From Candidatus Poribacteria bacterium (GTDB taxonomy: Bacteria; Poribacteria; WGA-4E; PCPOR2b), in the NCBI GenBank assembly GCA_965208675.1, contig OZ242351.1, positions 480,001-544,000 on the forward strand: a stretch of 64,000 bases of DNA, in the 5' to 3' direction. Position 1 is the first letter of the stretch; each line of letters begins with the position of its first letter. Below, piece by piece: positions 11,091 to 21,558 of the stretch. The notes under the pieces are model-generated. The model saw only the letters and a program-made list of their open reading frames with translations. It did not search any database and was not told the DNA's origin. Position numbers and translations under genes: made by a program.

Positions 11091-11885
11091 TCACGCCGAC
11101 ATGAAGACCGGCAAATTATTCCGCTCGGTCAGGCGATATTCGCGCTCCATACCGCACAACCAGTAGAACATTTCGGCGGCGTCGTTGATTGCGCGGTGGT
11201 ACTCGCGGTGATAGGTCGGTCCGGGAGGGGGACCCTTGGCATGTCTAGGATGGAAGCTCGGTTCGTGAATCCAGTCGCGTTCCGGGGCTACCGTCCGCCT
11301 ATACGCATACTTGAAAAGATGTCGAGTCCCCTTCGCAGTGGATCCTGAGCGGCGGTGCCAGATAGGATAGGCGGTCAAAAAGATAGAACCTGCAGGGGCG
11401 GCTGTAGGGACTGCGCCCCGAATGCTACCGTAATGCGCCATTGATGGAATACCATCGGCGATAAGAAAATGTGACCCGGGCAACACCTCAGTCGGCCCCA
11501 TTTCTAGCGGCGTATCTTGTGGATAATAGAATACTTGCAGGCAGTCGAGTATGGGCGGGAATACGGCGCCGCCATCGACGTGCCATGGGCCTGGCGGCAA
11601 AGGGCACACGACGGGATGGCCAGTATGGAGGTGAGTGGGATAAGTAAAATCCTTTCCCAAGAGCGATCGGATTGCGCCGGTTACTTGCGGATTGAGGCTG
11701 ATATTCTCAGTGACGCCATCTATCATCCCAGTATCGCCGCCATCAGGGCGTTCCACAAAAAAATCAAACACCTGCCGGTTGATCTCATCAGGAACCACAC
11801 CTTCGAAAATCAGGAAACCCTGTCTGCAAAACTCCAGCACCTGCGTATCTGTTAATGTTGGTTTACAGTCATAAGTATCACGCAT
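11091..11885 (-). CDS. phytanoyl-CoA dioxygenase (PhyH) family 2OG-Fe(II) oxygenase
   Basis: WHVD (HxD), GPTEVLPGSH and distal WHR; GGAGG ribosome-binding site. Confidence 0.8.
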   Translation of the reverse strand: MRDTYDCKPTLTDTQVLEFCRQGFLIFEGVVPDEINRQVFDFFVERPDGGDTGMIDGVTENISLNPQVTGAIRSLLGKDFTYPTHLHTGHPVVCPLPPGPWHVDGGAVFPPILDCLQVFYYPQDTPLEMGPTEVLPGSHFLIADGIPSMAHYGSIRGAVPTAAPAGSIFLTAYPIWHRRSGSTAKGTRHLFKYAYRRTVAPERDWIHEPSFHPRHAKGPPPGPTYHREYHRAINDAAEMFYWLCGMEREYRLTERNNLPVFMSA

Positions 11886-12040
11886 TGTGTGTGACCTCCA
11901 TTTAGGGATAGTCGATTCTTCAGCGACTACAGCGGCAGCCGTGTTTAGCGCTCACCGAGTCTGGGACACGGCAGCGAATTGAACAAAAAGGTGATTCATC
12001 CAACGTTATTAGAAACTACTGCAATTTATTGACGAGCCAC

Positions 12041-12069
12041 ATTTTACAGGAAATCTCGGTTGATGTCAA
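12041..12069 (-). promoter_or_regulatory. putative sigma70 promoter for the PhyH gene / molybdoenzyme cluster
   Basis: minus strand TTGACA-17 bp-TAAAAT. Confidence 0.55.
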
Positions 12070-12160
12070 GGTCTGTGTAGGTTAATCAACGCGCAGCATG
12101 GTTGTCTTGCTTTGGATAAATAAAATTCAGGATTAGAGATGCTAAAATCGCTTTCGTCCG

Positions 12161-13153
12161 TTAGTCAGTTTTATGAAAAAGGGCTGACTTGGAAATTGCC
12201 CCATACGCACCCAAAAGCAAGCTGAATAACAACGTCAGAATGTGCAGACTAAACGCAGAAATAATCGCATTGTCCCTTGAGATTCCGAGACCCGTTAACG
12301 CCAATATCCACGGCACTTCCACGGTGCCAAAATTTCCCACAGTCTGGATAGGAAACATGTTGAAAAACGAAGTAAGGCTAAGTGCGAAGATAATCTCCAG
12401 AATTTGAAGATTCATCTGCATTGATGTTACGAGATAGCACTGCATGATGAACCGCAGTCCTAGATTCGCAATCGAACAGCCAATTATGCCGAGTAACTGC
12501 CAATTAAAGGGCAGCTTGGTGACCTCGTGCAGCAACCTCGCGAACGACTGCATGAGACGAACCAAAACCGCCATTCTAATCCTACTCGATAAGGACTCTA
12601 CCCATTTTACCCCCCAGCAGACCGCGTTTGGCAACGAGAGGAGTACAATTGCGCCAGACAGAATGACTGAAATTCCAATTAGCGGCAAAACAAAAAGAAG
12701 CCAATAAGATAAATTGCTCTGTTCCGACAATTCCAGTCTGAACCCCCACGCCGTGGCTGACATCGCCAACAAAATCAGCAGAATGTCGATAATACTCGCA
12801 CTCAATAAAGACGCGATCCCCTTGGCCGCGGGCACTTTTTCGTCTCGCCTCAGGAGATAAACATACGAGAATTCCCCCGTACGCATCGGCATGATGTTCG
12901 TCCAGAAGGTTTGAAGTGAAACAATTGAAACCAGCCGATGCAGTTTTACATTGACATCCAGAATTAACCGAAACCGCAGCGCTTTGAACGGCAATGACAG
13001 AGAATAAATCACGAACGCGAAAAGCAGAGTCTTTATGGGAATGCGTCGAACCGTGTCTACAATGTTAGACGGATCGTTGAGCTTCGACAGTAGGAAAAAG
13101 ACAACCATTACGGCAATTGCCGATGTTAAAAAGAATCTGTTGCGTGCCGACAA
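12161..13153 (-). CDS. lysylphosphatidylglycerol synthase TM / flippase-like domain protein (UPF0104)
   Basis: Multiple TM helices; NIMPMRTGE and GNFGTVE motifs. Confidence 0.75.
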   Translation of the reverse strand: MSARNRFFLTSAIAVMVVFFLLSKLNDPSNIVDTVRRIPIKTLLFAFVIYSLSLPFKALRFRLILDVNVKLHRLVSIVSLQTFWTNIMPMRTGEFSYVYLLRRDEKVPAAKGIASLLSASIIDILLILLAMSATAWGFRLELSEQSNLSYWLLFVLPLIGISVILSGAIVLLSLPNAVCWGVKWVESLSSRIRMAVLVRLMQSFARLLHEVTKLPFNWQLLGIIGCSIANLGLRFIMQCYLVTSMQMNLQILEIIFALSLTSFFNMFPIQTVGNFGTVEVPWILALTGLGISRDNAIISAFSLHILTLLFSLLLGAYGAISKSALFHKTD

Positions 13154-13272
13154 TAGAACCCCCTGTATTCAACCACCTGGCTGTTTCAGAAATCTTTCCG
13201 ATTGTGTTTGAGACTGAACTGCAATTGTGTGAATGCCTTCAAACGGTTTCAAACGTAGGAAATTATTCGGCA

Positions 13273-14112
13273 TTACCCAAGTTTTCGGGCGACCAATATA
13301 ATTGGATAATAAAACTCCAGTTTTCTGCCGAGGTACTTCACGACTGGAATGAGTTTTAGCCGATGTACAATTTTTGTCAATTTCATCATAATACCGGTCG
13401 ATCCCCAAGTCGAAAAGGCAGCAGTCTCTAGGCGTTTTTCCCACATGTCGATTCCTAAGTTTAAAATTTCTACTTTTTCACCCGCGAAAGCCTTTACGAT
13501 GCGGGACGGCGTCGTGTATTGAATCTCATCCAAAAAGTCCGCATCCCGGCCTGTACACCTAAGGTAAATCTTCGCTAGGGACCGGGGGAATTGTGGTAAC
13601 CAGATTATGCCGTAGTGTCCTTCCCAAAAAGAGTTGTAATTTGGTACAACAAAGTGGATGTATCCGCCCGGTTTTAGCACACGTACAGTTTCCCGCATGA
13701 CTTTTTCAGGGATTTGCGTGTGTTCAAGTACCTGGAACGAAACAACCAAATCAAAGGTACGATCTCCGAAAGGCAAGTCTTCTCCAACGCTGCGCAGTAT
13801 TTTCTTACGAACGCCAGCGTTTTCAAGGCGATCAAGAGAAATGCCGGCCTTAACGGAATCCGGCTCGATTCCGTAACAATCCCCGCCATGCTGCTGACAC
13901 ACGATGTTAAAGGTACCTAAACCGCTGCCAATCTCCAAAATTCTCTTGCCTTTTACCTGAATCCCAAAGACATCCCGCATAATTGCAATCCGTTCTTCCT
14001 CGCGCTGCGTGGAGAGCGATTCTCTAATGCCTTTCTCTACATTGGGCAACGGCTTTTTACACCCCGACAAATAGTATTCCTTCAATTTTTCGATTAGCAT
14101 GTCCTGATTCAT
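13273..14112 (-). CDS. class I SAM-dependent methyltransferase
   Basis: ILEIGSGLG, LPFGDRTFDLV, VLEH and LKPGG. Start taken at the ATG at 14112; the ORF track extends it to 14247 through the promoter region. Confidence 0.85.
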   Translation of the reverse strand: MNQDMLIEKLKEYYLSGCKKPLPNVEKGIRESLSTQREEERIAIMRDVFGIQVKGKRILEIGSGLGTFNIVCQQHGGDCYGIEPDSVKAGISLDRLENAGVRKKILRSVGEDLPFGDRTFDLVVSFQVLEHTQIPEKVMRETVRVLKPGGYIHFVVPNYNSFWEGHYGIIWLPQFPRSLAKIYLRCTGRDADFLDEIQYTTPSRIVKAFAGEKVEILNLGIDMWEKRLETAAFSTWGSTGIMMKLTKIVHRLKLIPVVKYLGRKLEFYYPIILVARKLG

Positions 14113-14173
14113 TTTAACATTCCGATGGTCATCGTGTGGGGAGGCGAGACCGCATTTAACGCGTCTGTGCCTT

Positions 14174-14268
14174 ATTATATCACATGAACCATTGACTTCA
14201 ATCGAAGAAGTCTGTACTTCCCATGAAAGGATATTTCGCTTGCACAATCCGGAAAACTTATGTATGAT
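14174..14268. promoter_or_regulatory. divergent promoter pair (methyltransferase / mutS)
   Basis: Minus strand TTGAAG-16-TATAAT with TGn extension (14174-14201); plus strand TTGCAC-17-TATGAT (14240-14268). Confidence 0.45.
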
Positions 14269-14352
14269 AAATTGTTAAGAGAAGCATAACATACCTGAAT
14301 TGGCAATCTTAGTCAGTTGCGGGTGTCAGTGCAGAATTTTTAAAGGTTTACG

Positions 14353-17300
14353 ATGCCAAAAAAAACACAACTTTCCCCCTTGATGGAGCAATATAAGCGC
14401 CTGAAAAACCAGTATCGAGATTCGGTTCTGCTCTGCCGTGTAGGGGACTTCTATGAGGCGTTCTTCGAGGATGCGGAGCTAATCGCTCGCGAGTTGGAGA
14501 TCGTCCTGACTTCGCGAGACAAAGATAAAGCAACGCCGATGGCAGGAATTCCGCATCACGCGCTCGATTCATATCTTTACAAACTCGTCAAGGCGGGCAA
14601 CAAAGTTGCAATCTTAGAGCAAATTGAGGACGCGAAGAACGTACCCGCCGGAGAGCTTGTAAAACGGGATATCGTCCGTATTGTAACGCCCGGTACCTTA
14701 ACGGATCCAAAGGTGCTCGATCAACGGATGAACAACTATTTGGTTGCCGTCTGTATACGTGATGAAATCTACGGATTTGCGTCGGTCGATCTATCGACAG
14801 GTGAATTTGCGGTAACCGAATTACAAGATGACGAGAAACTATGGACAGAACTACATCGGCTTGCTCCCAAGGAACTTCTGCTTTCTGAGGTGTTTGATGA
14901 TGCAGAGATTTTGGAGCGGATAAGGGTCGATTTGAAAGCAGTTGTGAACACGCTGCCGGATTGGCGATTCGCGCTGGACACAACGAGATCGGAACTGCTG
15001 CAACATTTCAATACCCTCTCGCTAGACGGTTTTGGCTGCGAACATCTCCCCGCGGCAATATGTGCGGCGGGCGCGTTGATATATTATCTGCATGAGACCC
15101 AAAAACAAGAGGTAGAACACATCCTTTCCATTCATACCTACACGGTCTCTGACTTCATGATTTTGGACGTGGATACACAACGGAATTTGGAGTTGACGAC
15201 ATCTATCCGCGACGGCTCCGCTAAAGGCACACTCTTGGAAACAATAGACCAAACTGTGACACCGATGGGAGCGCGCAAGCTTCGCAGTTGCCTGTTACAA
15301 CCGCTGCTTCAACCGGACCAAATTATCGCTCGTTTGAACGCAGTCGAAGAATTGAAAAATCAGATTGGTACACAGGAGGAAATTCGTGATTTACTAAATA
15401 AAATCTACGACATGGAGCGGTTGATTTCGAGAATCAGTTTGGGGACAGCAAACGCCCGTGATCTGCTTGCGTTGAAGGACTCACTGTATTTGATTCCGGC
15501 GATTAAAGATCAGCTTGGGGATTGCGAGACATCGTTATTGCAGACCTTGAACGACACACTTGACCCTTTAAATCAATTAGCAACGCTGATCGAATCGGCG
15601 ATTCATCCCGAACCTCCCATAACATTGCGCGAAGGCGGATTAATCCGCGACGGTTATAGCGGTCAGTTAGACGAGTTGCGCGCCATCACAAGCAAAGGGA
15701 AGAGTTGGATTGCGGAACTTCAGCAATTGGAACGCGAGAAAACCGGCGTTACTTCGCTAAAAATCGGCTTCAATCAGGTCTTCGGTTACTACATCGAAGT
15801 CACAAAATCGAATCTCCACCTCGTTCCCGATGATTATATACGCAAGCAGACATTGACGAATGCAGAACGGTTCATTACCCCGGAGCTTAAAGAACGGGAA
15901 GCGCAAATCTTGAACGCGCAGGATCAGATTCAAGCGCTTGAGCATAGTCTCTTTCTTGAAATCCGCGCGCAAATTGCCCAAGAGACGGAGCGGATCCAGA
16001 AAACCGCGGCGGTGATTGGGATGATTGATGTGATCGCAAACCTCGCTTATATTGCGGCTAAACATGATTACGAGAAACCCATTATTGATGAGAGTGATGA
16101 AATTATTATTCGGAATGGACGCCACCCCGTAGTTGAACGGCTGTTCACGCAAGAGGGGTTTGTTCCTAACGACACTTCATTAAATTGCCGCGGCCATCAG
16201 ATGCACATTATCACGGGCCCCAATATGAGCGGCAAATGCGTTCGCAGTGACACGCTCGTGTTCACCGATGCCGGTCTTGTTCCAATTGCTTCTCTTCAAC
16301 CCGGCAAGGTTGAAATAGACAGCTTCGCCCCAGTGAATTACCGCGTAAAGGGGCTGAACGGAAACGCGCGTGCAACCCATTTCTACGCCGGCGGGCGGCG
16401 CCGAACCGTGCGTATCCGCACGAGATTGGGTTACGAATTGGAAGGCACGCCCGAACATCGAATTTGGGTGCGCCAGCAGTCCGGCGTGGAGGGTTGGAAA
16501 CCGCTGGGGAAAATTGAGGGTAGCGATGCTGTCGCGATCGATTGCCAGATTGATTTGTGGGGGGCTAACGATACACTACAATCGCCGCGCGCAGCTTATA
16601 TGGAATCTCAAGTAAACCGCATTGAAATGCCGCGAGACTCGTCAGCGGACTCGCTGCCCGCCCGCCTTACGCCGAATCTGGCTTATTTGGTGGGATTGCT
16701 GGTTGGCGGTAGTGTATCGACCGATGGAGACGCAGTATCACTGGAAACGAAGGACGCGTTTCTCGGGCGAGAATTTAGACGCATAATAGGTGCGGAGTTT
16801 GGATACAGTAGGAAGCCAACCTCCCAAATAAGGAATTCCAACAATCGCGGAGGTGATTTTCAGATTCGGCGTTTCATTGAAGCCTTGGGACTGGCGCATA
16901 CTGCTAATGAGCAGGTTCCGGCGGCTATTTTGGGCGCACCAAAGGCTGTCGTTGCTGCATTCCTGCAAGGGCTGTTTGACATAACTAGCGATGGTGATGC
17001 AAAAGAGGACATCACCCTGTTTACTCCATCGGATACTCTTGCAAAACAGGTGCATACGCTTCTGCTTAACTTCGGGATCTTGTCCGCGTTACAGGAGAAA
17101 AAAGCGAGTCGCGCTGGCAACTGGATTTACGGAATTTCTATTACCGATGCAGACGCATTGAGGTTTTTCCGGCAGATTGGATCTAGAAATCCGGACAAGC
17201 AGCGCCGCGCCAAACACATTCGATTCATGGGTTATCCCAGAGTCACCGACATGGAACACCGAGACGAACGATCATCAAGCGGCGAGGGTTACGTCTTCGA

Positions 17301-18177
17301 TTCAATCGCGGACATAACCCCCGGTTCGGCAGAGGTTTTCGATCTCTCTGTGGAAGAGAGCCACTCGTTTGTCGCCAACGGCTTCGTGAACCACAATTCG
17401 ACGTATCTGCGTCAGACGGCGCTCATTACGCTGTTTGCGCAGATGGGGAGTTTCGTGCCTGCATCGGCGGCGAAGATTGGGATTGTGGATCGGATATTCA
17501 CTCGAGTCGGGGCGTCAGATAACCTCGTGATGGGTCAAAGCACCTTCCTTGTCGAGATGAATGAAACCGCAAACATTTTGAACAATGCGACCTCGAAGAG
17601 TCTGATTATTCTCGACGAAATTGGGCGCGGTACCAGCACCTTCGACGGGTTGAGCATCGCATGGGCGGTGGCGGAGTACATTCTGGACAAGAAGAAGATT
17701 GGCGGCAAAACACTTTTTGCCACGCATTATCACGAACTCATCGAGTTGGCAGGCAAATACAAAAACGCGAAAAATTTCAACGTTGCTGTCCATGAAGATG
17801 GAGAGAAGATTACGTTCCTGCGGAAAGTCGTGGAGGGAGGAACCGACCAGAGCTACGGTATTCATGTGGCGCGTCTCGCGGGGTTGCCGCTGGCTGTAAT
17901 TGCGCGCGCACAACAGATTTTGGAGATTCTCGAACAGCACAACCTGAGCATTGAGGGCGAGGATCGAGGGCGCCTGCCGAAGGCAGCACCCAAGACGCCG
18001 CGTCCCCGACGCCGAATGTCGCAGTCCGCCTTTCAAGATGACTCGCTCCAACTCGCACTGTTCACCCCCAAAACTCACCCAATCGTTCAGCAACTTCAAG
18101 ACCTTGACCTCAATGAAATGACCCCTATGGGTGCATTGAACCTACTGTATCAATTGAAGGCGAAAGCGGACGAATAG
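14353..18177 (+). CDS. mutS: DNA mismatch repair protein MutS (MutS1), intein-containing precursor
   Basis: GDFYE mismatch-binding motif, GRHPVVE, ITGPNMSGK|STYLRQ split by an insert, STFLVEM, DEIGRGTST, FATHYHEL and SYGIHVA. Confidence 0.97.
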   Translation: MPKKTQLSPLMEQYKRLKNQYRDSVLLCRVGDFYEAFFEDAELIARELEIVLTSRDKDKATPMAGIPHHALDSYLYKLVKAGNKVAILEQIEDAKNVPAGELVKRDIVRIVTPGTLTDPKVLDQRMNNYLVAVCIRDEIYGFASVDLSTGEFAVTELQDDEKLWTELHRLAPKELLLSEVFDDAEILERIRVDLKAVVNTLPDWRFALDTTRSELLQHFNTLSLDGFGCEHLPAAICAAGALIYYLHETQKQEVEHILSIHTYTVSDFMILDVDTQRNLELTTSIRDGSAKGTLLETIDQTVTPMGARKLRSCLLQPLLQPDQIIARLNAVEELKNQIGTQEEIRDLLNKIYDMERLISRISLGTANARDLLALKDSLYLIPAIKDQLGDCETSLLQTLNDTLDPLNQLATLIESAIHPEPPITLREGGLIRDGYSGQLDELRAITSKGKSWIAELQQLEREKTGVTSLKIGFNQVFGYYIEVTKSNLHLVPDDYIRKQTLTNAERFITPELKEREAQILNAQDQIQALEHSLFLEIRAQIAQETERIQKTAAVIGMIDVIANLAYIAAKHDYEKPIIDESDEIIIRNGRHPVVERLFTQEGFVPNDTSLNCRGHQMHIITGPNMSGKCVRSDTLVFTDAGLVPIASLQPGKVEIDSFAPVNYRVKGLNGNARATHFYAGGRRRTVRIRTRLGYELEGTPEHRIWVRQQSGVEGWKPLGKIEGSDAVAIDCQIDLWGANDTLQSPRAAYMESQVNRIEMPRDSSADSLPARLTPNLAYLVGLLVGGSVSTDGDAVSLETKDAFLGREFRRIIGAEFGYSRKPTSQIRNSNNRGGDFQIRRFIEALGLAHTANEQVPAAILGAPKAVVAAFLQGLFDITSDGDAKEDITLFTPSDTLAKQVHTLLLNFGILSALQEKKASRAGNWIYGISITDADALRFFRQIGSRNPDKQRRAKHIRFMGYPRVTDMEHRDERSSSGEGYVFDSIADITPGSAEVFDLSVEESHSFVANGFVNHNSTYLRQTALITLFAQMGSFVPASAAKIGIVDRIFTRVGASDNLVMGQSTFLVEMNETANILNNATSKSLIILDEIGRGTSTFDGLSIAWAVAEYILDKKKIGGKTLFATHYHELIELAGKYKNAKNFNVAVHEDGEKITFLRKVVEGGTDQSYGIHVARLAGLPLAVIARAQQILEILEQHNLSIEGEDRGRLPKAAPKTPRPRRRMSQSAFQDDSLQLALFTPKTHPIVQQLQDLDLNEMTPMGALNLLYQLKAKADE
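16237..17397 (+). mobile_element. intein (387 aa) with a degenerate LAGLIDADG homing endonuclease
   Basis: Starts with Cys (CVRSDT) right after the P-loop Lys; block B TPEHRIW; block F/G VFDLSVEESHSFVANGFVNHN followed by +1 Ser; LAYLVGLLVG and AFLQGLFD are LAGLIDADG-like blocks. Confidence 0.93.
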
Positions 18178-18228
18178 TACCGCAGCATATCAAACCGTAC
18201 GTCCCACAAATAACCGGCGACGTTAATC

Positions 18229-20893
18229 ATGGCACTGCATCCGGAATTCCCCGAATCTCCACATGCTTTAATTGACCCATCGGTGCGCTGGTTTCCAGCT
18301 GACGAATCGTTGCGTGACTCCCGTTACGAGAAACTCATCCCGCCGCTCGTCCATAAGGTTCGTGAAAAAGTCAAAGCCTGGCGGGACGGCGCCTACCGAG
18401 GAGCAAGAGAAACTAGCAAATCTCTTCTGAATTGGTGGTTCAACACACCTCATCTGATAGAAGATGCAGGCGGTGAAATCAGCGAGTTTCAGTATTACTT
18501 CGCGCAGCGAGAAGCGCTGGAAACTGTAATCTACCTATACGATGTCATCGGTGTGAAGGACAAATACGACCTCATGCGCTTCGACAGTTCCGGCGCAATC
18601 TCTACCGGGATGTTCGATGAAACTTGGCGGCGGTTCGTGCTGAAGATGGCAACAGGGACGGGCAAAACCAAAGTGATGAGCCTTGCAATCGCTTGGAGTT
18701 TCTTCCACAAGCTGTACGAACCCGACTCGGAACTCTCGCGCAACTTTTTGGTCATCGCACCAAATATTATTGTGCTTGACCGTATATATCACGATTTTCA
18801 GGGGCTTCGCGTATTCTTCGCGGATCCTGTGCTGCCCAACAACGGACTTGACGGTCGAAACTGGCGCGACGATTTTCAACTGACCCTGCATCGGCAGGAC
18901 GAGGTGCGCGCTACCCGCCCCACCGGCAACATCTTTTTGACCAATATCCACCGGGTCTATTCCAGCGACCAATCTCCGCCGTCACCCGATGACGACAACA
19001 CAATGGACTACTTCCTGGGCAGGCGGCCAACCGGCGCAACCACGGATTCAAAGGTAGACCTCGGCGATATCGTCCGGGAAGTTGACGAGCTGATGGTGCT
19101 GAACGATGAGGCGCATCATATCCACGACCCGAAACTGGCATGGTTCAAATCGATTGAGGATATTCACAACCGTCTATTGCAGAAAGACAGCGAATTGGCG
19201 TTACAATTAGATGTCACCGCAACGCCCAAGCACAACAACGGAGCGATTTTTGTCCAGACAGTGTCGGATTATCCGCTCGTGGAAGCCGTTTCGCAAGATG
19301 TGGTCAAACACCCGGTGCTTCCCAATGCGCCGAGCAGAGCCAAGCTTGTAGAGCGGCAGAGCGCCAAATACACCGAGAATTATGCCGACTATCTGGAACT
19401 GGGCGTTATTGAATGGCGAAAAGCGTATGCAGAGCATGAATAACTGGACAAGAAAGCCATCTTGTTTGTTATGACAGATGACACCCGGAACTGTGATGAA
19501 GTCGCCGACTATCTCGAAAACCGTTTTCCGGATTTGAAGGACGCCGTACTGGTGATTCACACGCAGAAAAACGGCGAAATTTCCGAAGCGGCATCTGGCA
19601 AGAAGAAGGAAGAATTAGAGAAGTTGCGGAAACAGGCGAACGAGATTGACTCGATGGCTAGCCCCTACAAGGCGATTGTCTCGGTCTTGATGCTCAAAGA
19701 GGGTTGGGATGTCAAGAACGTGACCACCATTGTTGGGCTGCGCGCCTACTCCGCCAAGAGCAACATATTGCCGGAACAGACATTGGGCCGCGGGCTGCGC
19801 CGCATGTACAGCGGTGAAGTTAATGAGTCCGTGAGCGTCATCGGCACTGAAGCCTTTATGGACTTCGTCGAGTCGATCCAAGCGGAGGGTGTGGAATTGG
19901 AACGCCGAGCCATGGGTGAGGGCACTGAACCGAAAATGCCGCTTGTGATAGAAGTCGATAATGACAACACTAGGAAGGACATTGATGCGCTAGATATCAA
20001 TATTCCAAAGCTAACAGGGCGAGTTTATCGAGAATACAAAAATCTAACTGAATTAGACGCGGCACGTTTCAACTTCACCCCTGTAACCTATCGGGAATTC
20101 AGCGAAGAGCAGCAGCGCGACATCGTGTTCAAGGACATGACATCGGGTGAGGTCACACACACCACACAGATGGATAGCGCCGGCGTTGCGGATTATCGAA
20201 GTGTGATTGGCTACTTCGCTCAGACCCTCATGAAAGATTTAAGGTTGGTCAGCGGTTATGACGCACTATATCCAACGGTCCGGGATTTTATTGAGAACCA
20301 CCTGTTCGGCGGCACCGTGCCGTTGGATTCTCCCAATACGTTGCGCAATCTGTCAGAGCTTACGGCATCAAAAACCGTTATCGAAACATTCAAGTGTGCA
20401 ATCAACGACCTCACAATCCAAGACAAGGGGGAGGCTCGGATTAGCGATACAATCAAGCTGCGGCATACGCGGCCATTTGTTGTCAAAGACCAACCCTATT
20501 TGATGCCGAAGAAATCTGTGTTCAACAGAATCATCGGCGATTTTCAATTGGAGCGCGACTTTGCAGTATTTCTGGAAAATTTCCGATGTAGTCTCCTTTT
20601 CCAAGAATTATTTCGCGGTAGGCTTCAAGCTTGATTACGTCAAGACCGACGGCGACATCGCCAACTACTACCCCGATTTTATCGTGAAGCTGGCGGACGG
20701 ACGAGTGATTGTCGTCGAGACCAAAGGTCGAGAGGATTTGGATGCCGCGCCCAAGATGCGCCGGCTGCGCCAGTGGTGCGAGGATGTCAACAGCGTTCAG
20801 GGAGAAGCCGTCTACGGCTGTGTCTACGTAGACGAAGAAGGCTTTCGGACATATCAACCTAAGACATTTCAGCAACTGCTGGATGGGTTCTAG
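18229..20893 (+). pseudogene. type III restriction enzyme Res subunit, disrupted
   Basis: MATGTGKT, DEAH, EGWD, QTLGRGLR and C-terminal YYPDF...ETKG nuclease. In-frame TAA at 19441-19443 (frame continues as LDKKAILFVM) and a frameshift near 20580. Confidence 0.85.
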
Positions 20894-20912
20894 CACGATA
20901 GGAGGAAATACA

Positions 20913-21506
20913 ATGAAACCCAGAACTAAGACGTACGGCCTAGCAGTTGGTGTTGCTGCGATTGTATGTCTCGTTCTAATCTATCTCCTAGTAATGCGTG
21001 AAGAAGAGACGGTCCAGGGGAATCAAGCCTATTTCGGTCTGTATACAACGCCAACTGAACGCCTTTCTCTTTTTGAATCAGCATTGTCAACCCTACAACA
21101 GTCCGGAGAGGGTGAGGCAATTTTTAGCGGTGGAGATGGATTTGTTCGCTTTCGAGTTCGTGAAGATGGGAATTTTGCAGTCTTGGTTCCGGTCTCGGCA
21201 TCAATACCGCGTGTCCTGCCCCCCACATGGGTACGGTTCTTTATGGCGGACAAATACAAATTCCGTAATATCCGGCTCCCCCGCCATGAAAGGCAACGGC
21301 TTGAAAAGATGGAACCGCTCCATAACGCAACAGTGCGCGAAGTCACATATCCGGGCACCGCGCCGCATATTTTCCTTGAGTCAGCATTGGGGTCGGGAGT
21401 TGCACGTGCGTCGGTGTTGGCGGAATCAATCTTGACGGAGGTATTTCAAATTGAGTCAGGCATGCTAGATATCTACGGGGGTGAATACCGTAAATTTCGT
21501 TGGTAG
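20913..21506 (+). CDS. hypothetical membrane-anchored protein
   Basis: AGGAGG ribosome-binding site before the ATG at 20913; single N-terminal TM helix. Confidence 0.6.
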   Translation: MKPRTKTYGLAVGVAAIVCLVLIYLLVMREEETVQGNQAYFGLYTTPTERLSLFESALSTLQQSGEGEAIFSGGDGFVRFRVREDGNFAVLVPVSASIPRVLPPTWVRFFMADKYKFRNIRLPRHERQRLEKMEPLHNATVREVTYPGTAPHIFLESALGSGVARASVLAESILTEVFQIESGMLDIYGGEYRKFRW

Positions 21507-21558
21507 TAGGAAAATAGTTACTTGTGGCTTTACGCTTCGTTAGGCAAGAGAGGCAGGT

